Below, piece by piece: positions 45,474-54,100 of a DNA stretch of 64,000 nt; position 1 is the first letter of the stretch; each line of letters starts with the position of its first letter. The position numbers and the translations under genes are program-made. The notes under the pieces were generated by a model. That model was given only the letters and a program-made list of their open reading frames with translations, was not told the origin of the DNA and made no database searches. This DNA comes from a virus. The stretch is from IMG/VR virus record IMGVR_UViG_3300046792_000297, positions 1-64,000 of that record, one strand, 5' to 3'.

Positions 45474-48400
45474 GGCAGTCGGAATAATGATTTTTGTGCT
45501 GGCGGGGCGGGCGGCGGCTCAGAGCAACCCGCACACCCAGATCGCCTGGCCCGCGAACTGCGACGACAGCAACTTCATGACCTACAACGTGCTCTCGAAT
45601 ACCTGCTTCAATGCCGGATCGACTAAACGTCCCATCGCGCCGCTAGCCAACGTTTCCCGGCCCGCGAGTTCCTCGGCCACCGGCGCGGCCATGCCCCAAC
45701 AGGTGATCGCTTTCTTAGGTAATTCGCTGGTCGCGGGTGACACTGGGAGCACCACCGAATTTTGCAATGAAGCAGGGATAGCTTCCACTAACGGACTTGG
45801 TCCTTTATTTATGGCGGGACACCAGTGCCGCCCGGCAACCAACATCACCGTGGACAGCAGTAACAATGTGACCCTGGCGGTCAACAACGCCGACGGGTAC
45901 TTTCAGAATGGTACGCGCTTCACCGCGTATGGTGGGGCAGGAGTGGATGGCGGATGTCTCTACGATTCCTACATCGTCACCAGTGCCACGACAACGCAGA
46001 TCGTATTCCCCAGTGCGCCCAACACGCCTTGCGCTCCGCTCGCCAGCACTCCGGTGGTCGCGAACAATGTTTTGTTGACCACCAGCCTCCAGAGGTTCGG
46101 CCAAAACGGCGGTTCGCTGGATTCATGGTTTAGCACCGTAGGCAACTGGACCTTTTCCGGCTACAAGACTTGGATTCAAGGAGCAATCGCGGCGGGGCAA
46201 ACCCCGATTACCATCATGCGCGATGCGGGAATCATGACCAATTCCACCCGTATGAGCGCAATGGACTATCGGGCCTGGATGGCCGACCTCATGCCGGTGA
46301 TCGCGGCTATCCAGGGCATTAGTGCTACGAATCCGGCAGGAGAAACAGTTTATGTTTCCAGCTTGCCATTCTACATCGACACCGGGAATCCCGAGGCTTG
46401 CAACACCGCTATGACGGCTTCCAGTACAGCGCCGTGTTCGGGAGGTCAGAACACTGGGGCTGGCGGAGTGTATGTTCCACCCGTGCAGATGCCAGCCGGT
46501 GTGCAATATGTCTTCCCTTATGGGACACCGGGAAGCCAGTTTACAACTCCCGCTACGATCACATCGGGAGCCATCAGCGCGGGAGCCAATACGGTAACGA
46601 TCAATCCGTGTCCGCCTGATCTTTGGGGTGGTCCCGGCGATGTGATTCCCACCGCACTCGATTCGAACGGACTGCTACGCAGTCACGGCAACCTGATCCA
46701 GATGGTGGTTGATTCTGCCGCCTCGGCTGCGCAGGAACTTGTTTCGTTGACCGCGATCATCCCCACGGGAGCAACTGGACTGCATAATTGGCAGACTTGT
46801 CAGGTATCGTTCACTGCCGCTTTCGCTCATGCTGCGAACGCACCGATTTATGCCACGCAGTTTACGGCTGACCAGACCTGGGTGCGGTGGAAGCTGCAAA
46901 TCCCTTATGATGTGGCGGCTGCTTATCCCGGCCACATTGAAGTAATAGACACGCTCACCGCGATGGGGCGACAGGTTGCGAATCCCGGCTGGTGGATAGG
47001 GAATGAGCTTCATCCTGGTCTGGGTGGATACGCCAAGATCGGCAACCGGGAATTCACGGCACTAGCGTCCTATCAGCTTGCGCCCAAGCCTCCACCTACT
47101 CCTGATCCTTTAGCGTTTGATTATGCCACGCACCAAGTCAGCTTGCGAACAGGCGCGATTGACATCAACTTTGATCTCGACGCGGCAACGGCGGCTCGTG
47201 CCTTAGCTCTTGGGCACAATTGCGGTATGTACTACAACAAGTGCGACATAGACCCAGCTATGTTTTATCCCTCTGCCCTCTCGCCCACCATGACCTTCAC
47301 TCACGGTACGCAGTTTGCTCGTATGACGATGGCGATTCAATCGGGGCAGAATTTGAGTGGAGACGGGCAAACGGGCGATTTTCTCTATACCAGTGTTGGG
47401 GGTAGCTGGCAACCAACGACACTAACTGCAATGGGGTTTGTTCCCGCCAGCTTACTGGGTTTCAATTTTACCGGCACCCCCCCTGTGGACATGTCTGGCC
47501 GAGGGGCCATCATGCGTCCCTTCTATGCTGATCCGCTACAAGGAGCGAAGTTTGCCGCGCATCCGATCAGTTATCCGCTGAATGGCACCTATAACCTCAA
47601 GGTGGGCACTTCAACAACGAATAACCTGGTGTTTTCCATTCCCGTCGCTCAGAATCCCGCTGTCATTGGCGGGCAGACTCTAACCTGTTTGCAAATCGAG
47701 ATGCAAGCCGGAGACTGGATTGTCACCGCAGGAAACATTCCCGGTTCACAGGCTACCGCCGCCGGGGTGTCCATCCAGTTGCCGACCGGAAGCTGGAATC
47801 CTCTCACCTGCACCTGGACGGACACCAGCGGAACAAACTACAGCGTCTACAACGGCGTGATGGCTACGCTGGTGCAGCAGTTCAGAGCGCCGGATGCAAC
47901 GTTCAGTCTCGTTACCGCGCAGCAAAAAATACAAACACAAGCACTAACTGCGTTACAGGGCGTTCAATCGCCCGGTACGCCCACTGTTATAGGTGTGGTT
48001 GGAGGAGCATTTACAAGCGCAACTACTGGCGGCAATTGCGCGAATGGAACAGCTTACACTCTAGGTCTGGCTTACATGCCTCTTGGTTGGGGAACGGACT
48101 ACACTCATGCAGGTGCGATTCGCACCGTCTATGCAGTCTATACGCCAACTACCGGTACGACAACGGATGTTGTCGGAATCAATATCACTACAGCAGCGCC
48201 CTTTGGTTACACAACGGTAGCCTATCTGCTTATTGGTGGGACTTATTATGCGTTCGGCAAAGCACCGTCCACAGGTGCAGGTGTGATTACGACAACCTGC
48301 CCAGCAACCGGCGCTGGATTGATTGTGGCCAACACTTATGATAACGGCAGTGTGGGCTTTGTAGGCCCGGCATTCAGTTCGAGCGCCCCCCAGACCACTG

Positions 48401-48651
48401 TCAACTGTTCCACTTCAGGAACTGCAATCTTCGCGCAGACGCAAACCGGATCGAGCGAGAAGAAGGTGCTGGTCTATCTGGCGGCTTGCAGCGGCACGGC
48501 CAGCTACACCTTCCCGGTGCCGTTCACCCACTCGCCCAGCGTGTTCGGCTCGGACGATGTGGCGGCCAGCATCGTGACGGCCAAGAGCACGACCGCCGTG
48601 ACGGTGACCGGTGCGCCGTCGACCGGGGCGCTCGTGCTGGACAGCTTCTGA
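45454..48651 (+). CDS. large Cys/Thr/Gly-rich protein with signal peptide and SGNH/GDSL-like hydrolase motifs
   Basis: MRSVLLRAVGIMIFVLAGRAAA-QS; AFLGNSL, GQNG, NELHP..GGY. Confidence 0.7.
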   Translation: MRSVLLRAVGIMIFVLAGRAAAQSNPHTQIAWPANCDDSNFMTYNVLSNTCFNAGSTKRPIAPLANVSRPASSSATGAAMPQQVIAFLGNSLVAGDTGSTTEFCNEAGIASTNGLGPLFMAGHQCRPATNITVDSSNNVTLAVNNADGYFQNGTRFTAYGGAGVDGGCLYDSYIVTSATTTQIVFPSAPNTPCAPLASTPVVANNVLLTTSLQRFGQNGGSLDSWFSTVGNWTFSGYKTWIQGAIAAGQTPITIMRDAGIMTNSTRMSAMDYRAWMADLMPVIAAIQGISATNPAGETVYVSSLPFYIDTGNPEACNTAMTASSTAPCSGGQNTGAGGVYVPPVQMPAGVQYVFPYGTPGSQFTTPATITSGAISAGANTVTINPCPPDLWGGPGDVIPTALDSNGLLRSHGNLIQMVVDSAASAAQELVSLTAIIPTGATGLHNWQTCQVSFTAAFAHAANAPIYATQFTADQTWVRWKLQIPYDVAAAYPGHIEVIDTLTAMGRQVANPGWWIGNELHPGLGGYAKIGNREFTALASYQLAPKPPPTPDPLAFDYATHQVSLRTGAIDINFDLDAATAARALALGHNCGMYYNKCDIDPAMFYPSALSPTMTFTHGTQFARMTMAIQSGQNLSGDGQTGDFLYTSVGGSWQPTTLTAMGFVPASLLGFNFTGTPPVDMSGRGAIMRPFYADPLQGAKFAAHPISYPLNGTYNLKVGTSTTNNLVFSIPVAQNPAVIGGQTLTCLQIEMQAGDWIVTAGNIPGSQATAAGVSIQLPTGSWNPLTCTWTDTSGTNYSVYNGVMATLVQQFRAPDATFSLVTAQQKIQTQALTALQGVQSPGTPTVIGVVGGAFTSATTGGNCANGTAYTLGLAYMPLGWGTDYTHAGAIRTVYAVYTPTTGTTTDVVGINITTAAPFGYTTVAYLLIGGTYYAFGKAPSTGAGVITTTCPATGAGLIVANTYDNGSVGFVGPAFSSSAPQTTVNCSTSGTAIFAQTQTGSSEKKVLVYLAACSGTASYTFPVPFTHSPSVFGSDDVAASIVTAKSTTAVTVTGAPSTGALVLDSF

Positions 48652-48659
48652 GGACCATT

Positions 48660-48881
48660 ATGCCCATCACTGACCTCGAACACGCGCAACTTCGGGTGGA
48701 GCATGGGCAGTTGAAGTTGCAACTGCTGGAAGCGCAGAGCCGGATCGTGCAGCTTCAACACACGCTGCTCGCTAAGGAACTGGAGCAGGCGACCAAAGAT
48801 TATCAGGCGCTCAAGGAGCAGGCCGATGCCCAGGTCGACCAGACCCTCAACCTCAACGGCCATCTTCGCGAACAGTCTTGA
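48660..48881 (+). CDS. small coiled-coil protein
   Basis: GAGG upstream; heptad L/Q pattern. Confidence 0.7.
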   Translation: MPITDLEHAQLRVEHGQLKLQLLEAQSRIVQLQHTLLAKELEQATKDYQALKEQADAQVDQTLNLNGHLREQS

Positions 48882-49326
48882 CTACTGGACAGACTCCCAG
48901 TGGGCGGCGGACGCGGCGCAGTCTACCTTTCGCCGCCTGCATGGTTTGTTAATTGTTGTTGAAAATCCACAATACTCGCTGCGCCAGGGACGCGGCTGGA
49001 TGTCTGCCGCACCCGCTGATTACGGCTACATCGCAGGCACCAAGGGAGCCGACGGCGACGAAATCGACTGCTACGTGGGTGACAACCCGGAGAGCCGGAT
49101 CGCCTATATTGTGGATCAGAATAAAGTCGGCTCGCCGTTAGAGTTCGACGAACATAAGGTATTCCTAAACTACCCTTCCCTGGCTGCGGCCAAGCAAGAC
49201 TACCTCGACGGGCACACGGACGGCGCGAAGATTCTTCGCGCCATTACGGCTGTCGACCTGAAGACTTTGAAAGCGTGGCTGAAGCAGAGTAACCATGAGC
49301 GACCCTACAGCGAAACCGCAAGATAA
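48826..49326 (+). CDS. inorganic pyrophosphatase-like protein (phage polyvalent-protein type) with shared leader
   Basis: IVVENP..S.R, DYGYI.GT.GADGDEIDCYVG, FDEHKV; leader IFANSLDYW...AADAA. Confidence 0.85.
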   Translation: MPRSTRPSTSTAIFANSLDYWTDSQWAADAAQSTFRRLHGLLIVVENPQYSLRQGRGWMSAAPADYGYIAGTKGADGDEIDCYVGDNPESRIAYIVDQNKVGSPLEFDEHKVFLNYPSLAAAKQDYLDGHTDGAKILRAITAVDLKTLKAWLKQSNHERPYSETAR

Positions 49327-49450
49327 TGGACCGGGCAAGAGCCTGACCATCGTGATCTGCCCCCGGTGTGGCGCACTGATCTCCGAGGAACTGAAGGCCA
49401 AGCACAACGAGTGGCACGAGCAGCTACGGCAGATCGGTATGCCGGAATGA
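49295..49450 (+). CDS. 51-aa C2H2-like zinc-finger protein (not in ORF track)
   Basis: CPRCG...HNEWH. Confidence 0.55.
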   Translation: MSDPTAKPQDNGPGKSLTIVICPRCGALISEELKAKHNEWHEQLRQIGMPE

Positions 49451-49462
49451 AAGGTCGCGCCC

Positions 49463-50743
49463 ATGAACGCCAGCTTTGCCAACTCCCTCGACGGGATCGA
49501 CTGGGACGAGTCAGCCTGGGCGCTCGACGCCGAGTTCGATGAATCGGCCATCAAGCGTGTAAGCGCGGGCAAGGAAGGCGGCGGCCAGTTCGCGTCCGGC
49601 GGCGGAGCCGCAGGAGCCGAAGCTGGAGCCGAGGCGGGCGAACGCGAGCCCGTGGCGGGCGGTGAACAGGAAGCGGGCGCAGAGGGCGAGGAAGGCGAAG
49701 AGGACGAAGAGGAAGACGAAGAGGCGGGAGCCAAGCAGAAGGCCCGCAAGTCGGCCCACCTGGTAGCGGCGGGCGAGAACCGCGAGCAGTGGCCGGAACA
49801 CATTCGCAAGATGGTCATCCCACCCGCCTGGACCGACGTCCAGATCGCCATGTCGCCCGACGCCGACCTGCAAGTGGTGGGCCGGGACAAGAAGGGCCGC
49901 AAGCAGTACGTCTACTCGGAGCAGTTCAAGAACTCGCAGGCGGCGCTGAAGTACGCCCGCATGGAGTCGCTGCGCCAGGAGAAGCCGGGTATCATCGGCC
50001 AGCTTGCGGAGATGCACCAGAGCGCCGACCGCAAGCTGCGCGACCACGCCGACTGTGCCACGCTGGTCATGAAGATGGGCATCCGGCCTGGCTCGGACAC
50101 CGACACCAAGGCGGAGAAGAAGGCTTACGGCGCGAGCACGCTCGAAGGCAAGCACGTGGTGGTCGAGAACGGCCAGGTCTTCCTGCGCTTCACGGGCAAG
50201 AAGGGCGTCGACCTGAACCTGCCGGTCGAGGACAAGACGCTGGCCGCCAACCTGGCCAGCCGGGCCAAGAAGGCCGGGGCGGAGGGGCGGCTGTTCGGCG
50301 ACGTGTACTCCGGTTCGCTGCTCCAGTTCGTCAAGAAGGACCTGGATCACGGCGGCTTCAAGACCAAGGACTTCCGTACCCTGCTGGCCAACGAGTTGGC
50401 CGTCAAGGCCATGAAGGGCGTGGCCAAGCCCAAGGATGCCAAGCAGTACAAGGCGGCGGTCAAGGAAGTGGCCACGCACGTGTCCAGCCGGTTGGGCAAC
50501 ACACCCACGGTCGCGCTCCAGTCCTACATCCACCCGGCGGTGTTCGGCGAGTGGAAGGGGGCCGCCGACGTACCGGCGGTCCAGGCCAAGGGCAAGAAGA
50601 AGGGTAAAGCCAAGGGGAAGAAGAAGCCCGCCGCCAAGCCCGCCGAGCCCGGCAAGCTGAGTGGAGCCGCGCTGGCCTGGGCCACGCGGCGAGCCGCCAA
50701 GGAGGCCGCCCATGCCGGAACCGCAGCCGCAGCCGCAAGCTGA
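49463..50743 (+). CDS. DNA topoisomerase IB with shared leader and AWATRR tail
   Basis: IPPAWTDV, GRD.KGRKQY.Y, GIRPG, F.GKKG, KDFRT, LGNT, SYIHP. Confidence 0.95.
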   Translation: MNASFANSLDGIDWDESAWALDAEFDESAIKRVSAGKEGGGQFASGGGAAGAEAGAEAGEREPVAGGEQEAGAEGEEGEEDEEEDEEAGAKQKARKSAHLVAAGENREQWPEHIRKMVIPPAWTDVQIAMSPDADLQVVGRDKKGRKQYVYSEQFKNSQAALKYARMESLRQEKPGIIGQLAEMHQSADRKLRDHADCATLVMKMGIRPGSDTDTKAEKKAYGASTLEGKHVVVENGQVFLRFTGKKGVDLNLPVEDKTLAANLASRAKKAGAEGRLFGDVYSGSLLQFVKKDLDHGGFKTKDFRTLLANELAVKAMKGVAKPKDAKQYKAAVKEVATHVSSRLGNTPTVALQSYIHPAVFGEWKGAADVPAVQAKGKKKGKAKGKKKPAAKPAEPGKLSGAALAWATRRAAKEAAHAGTAAAAAS

Positions 50744-50909
50744 CGAGGAACTGCCCGAACTGCACTTCGGACGCGCCGACGCGCCGCCGCTCGACTGGAG
50801 GAAGTACAAAGATGATTCCCTGGATGATGACGAGCCGCTTGCGCAAACGCCTGCGAGCACGGTTGCAATCCTCGGCTTCGACCCCCTCGACCTCGACAGC
50901 GACGAATAA
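50712..50909 (+). CDS. small acidic protein, putative topoisomerase partner
   Basis: overlaps topo IB end; DDDE.LAQTP..TVAILGFDP. Confidence 0.7.
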   Translation: MPEPQPQPQADEELPELHFGRADAPPLDWRKYKDDSLDDDEPLAQTPASTVAILGFDPLDLDSDE

Positions 50910-50931
50910 TGATTTTTCCGGGGGTGCGCTC

Positions 50932-51147
50932 ATGTCGCCGCCGCTCGACTGGAGAAGGTACAAGGTACACATCGACCCGGACGCCATCGTGATCCAAGGC
51001 AAGCGCATCGACCTGGGCGTGTTCCTGGCCCTGATCGACGCCGACAAGCGGCTGCTCTGGCGCTTCATTGAGCGCGAGGGCAAGATCGAGGCCGTGTGCT
51101 TCGACGAACAGCAAGTGATCTGGATCGACCAACCACCGGCAGAATAA
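50932..51147 (+). CDS. hypothetical protein sharing PPLDWR.YK with the preceding ORF
   Basis: 27-nt near-identical repeat at 50783 and 50937. Confidence 0.6.
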   Translation: MSPPLDWRRYKVHIDPDAIVIQGKRIDLGVFLALIDADKRLLWRFIEREGKIEAVCFDEQQVIWIDQPPAE

Positions 51148-51174
51148 CCTGGCACGCACGCAAGCGGAGGCTCC

Positions 51175-54100
51175 ATGAAGCGAATCCTGGGCTGGACCCT
51201 CTTGCTCTTCGTGTGCCAGGCCGCGCTCGCGCAGATGGCGCAAACCCCCAACCTGGGCTTGAACCTGCCGCCGCAGGGCTACCCCAACTGGGCCAACCTC
51301 AACAACCAGAACTTCGTCACCATCGACGCCGTAGTCGGCGGCTTGCAAAAGCAGTGGCAGGGCACCTGGACCTCGGCGGTCACCTACCAACCGGCGCAAA
51401 TCGTCACCTGGCAAGCCTCGTCCTACATCTCCATCACGGGCACCAACGCCAACAACCAGCCCGACCTCTCGCCTGGCTACTGGGCCAAGATCGGCACGAC
51501 GGCGGCGGGAGCCGTGAATGAGTTGCAGATGAATGCCGGGGGTAGCTTCGCCGCGACCACCGGCATGACCTACGACCTCACCAGCAATACGCTGCGTGCG
51601 CCGCAGGTCAACGTGAGCGGCAACATTCAGGGCGTCTCGTTGAAGTTGAGCGGGCTGGCTCCCGGCTCGGCATTGGTCTGCACCAGTGGCACCGACGGCA
51701 CGCTGACCAATGGAGCGTGCAGCGTTCCACCCGCCTCTGTGGCCTGGCCGCCAAGCTGCACGGGGGTCTACGCGCCTGCTACCAATACCTGCGTAGCGGT
51801 GGGAACGGCGGCCAATCCCGCAGGCAACGTCAAGGAAGTGCAATTCAATGCAGGAGGGACGTTTGGCACTGATTCTGCCATCACCATCGACAACTCCACG
51901 CACACGCTCGGCTCACAAAACGTTTCCGGCAGCGCCAACACCGTTCTCTATGTGAAAGCTCCTCCATACAACGCCAAATGCGACGTTCATGTAGGCGGGT
52001 TGGGAGATGCGGTCATTACTTCCGGCACGACCACTTACGGTGGTTTCTCGACTGCGGATGTGGGCAAGACCGTCAAGGGCGTCTCATCTCAAGCTAATGG
52101 GAGCGTGTCTTATGTTGGCAAGATTGTTTCATGGGTAGGCGGGACCACCACGCTCAGCCCCGCCGCCACCATCACGCTTCATTATTGGGAGTGGGCAACC
52201 GACGATCATGACTCACTCATGGCAGCGCTCAATGATGCGTATGCTCAGAACGTAGAAATCCAGCTTCCCGCTGGGCAGTGCTTAACTAGCACGCTTGTCT
52301 GGAAAGGGCAGTCCTTTCACGGCTCTGGAAGGGGCGTAAGCTATGTCAGAGGTATGCCGGGACAAGATGTGTTTCAGATGCCAGAGTATGGCACCAGTTA
52401 CTCCATTACGTCATGGTCGATCACTGGGAACGTGGCGACTTTTCAGACTACTAGCAATAATCTGCTAGCAGGGAACGTCGTTACTCTCGGCGGCTTCGGA
52501 ACATCCACGTTTTTCAATCTGCAAACCGTGACTGTCACTTCGGCTACAGGGACTCAATTTGTTGCGCCCATCACTCATGCTAATGGCTCTGCCACAGAAG
52601 CTGGCTTTGCGGCAACTGGTGGAGCATTTCCTATCACGTCGTGGTCGATCACTGGAAACGTGGCAACTGTTCAAGTAGCTAACAATTTTCCAGCGGGAGC
52701 CAATATTACTTTAAGCAGGTTTGGGACTTCCACATTTTTCAACGCTCAAAATGTGACCATCCTCGCGGCGGGTCTTTCTCCAACTCAGTTCTCTTTTAAC
52801 TTTACTCATGCTAACGGTTCGGCCACGGAGTCTGGACTGGCGACAACCCAAGCTACTTCCATACGCCAGTTCAACGTTCATGATCTCAGTATCGTAATCG
52901 ATTCGACGGTGAACGCGGCAGCGACGGCGGCAGGTGGGAACAACACTTTTCCCTACCGCATAGGCGGAACCTTTCAGGGGATGACGCCGTTCACTCCTCC
53001 CCCCGCTCCCGGTGTTCCAGTATTCGGAACGTGTGGCGCTGGGGGAGGGTACGCCGACGCTGGCGGAACTCTGGTGACTATCACCTGCCCCCTTACTGGG
53101 TTACCCCTCAACCTTGCCAGCTTAGAGCCGACGTGGGTGATCAATGCTCCAATTACTGTCGATGGAGCAGGAGCGGCTGGCGGAGTATATGCAGGTCACA
53201 TTCAAAGTATTGTCAACGATGGTGTCACCAGCGTTTCTGGTTCTGGAGGAAGCGGGATGACGGTAGGCACTTACCCGCTCTCCTTCTCTGGAGGGGGCGG
53301 GTCTGGCGCATCGGGGACCATCGCGGTGACAAACGCCACTACTTATGTGGTGCTTCTTAGGGTTGGAGGCGCAGGCTACACTTCTCCGCCAACGGTAACC
53401 GCTGCTACTGGAGGGACGCCGCCGACGTTTACAGCCGCCATCGGAACTAGCTGCGCTGGTGGGACCATCTGCACCGTGCGCGTGGATAATGCCATTGCTA
53501 CATCAGTGAGTGCCACTACCGGTACTTGGTTAACCGCACAGACGCCACCGTGGTACTTCGGCAACGCTGGCATCGCGATGCCGTGTTCTGGTGGGGGTGC
53601 TTGCAATGGAGTCGGCTTCAGTGTTATTCGCAACGTAAACTTTGATCAGGTAGCCAACGGCTATATCGGCAGAAGCCACACTACGGGTATCTTCACGCAG
53701 GCGCAGATGTACGGAGATAGCTTCGAGAACCTAGTCTTCACTCAGCTCTACGGAGGTTACATCGAGGTGCAGCCTCCTGCTGGAAATCTCAGCACCGCCG
53801 ATACCATGTCATTCAAGGATATTAGCTTTTACAACGAGAACTTCCCGATCATGACTTACAACGGCAATGATCGTGTGATCAACGGCATGAATATCTATCA
53901 AGAGCTTCTCCTTTCGGAGGGGCCGTTTTTCTTCAGCAGGCAGCAGGCTCTTTCGGGGTATCTAAACTGGGCGATCAACAGCTTCTATATCGAAGGCGGA
54001 GCTTCTACCAACGGAGAATGGGCGCGTTTTCAAGGTGGCCCTTTTCATATGAGGGCGGCCAGCTTCGGCGGCGGGAACCCGGCTGGATCATACATCGAGT

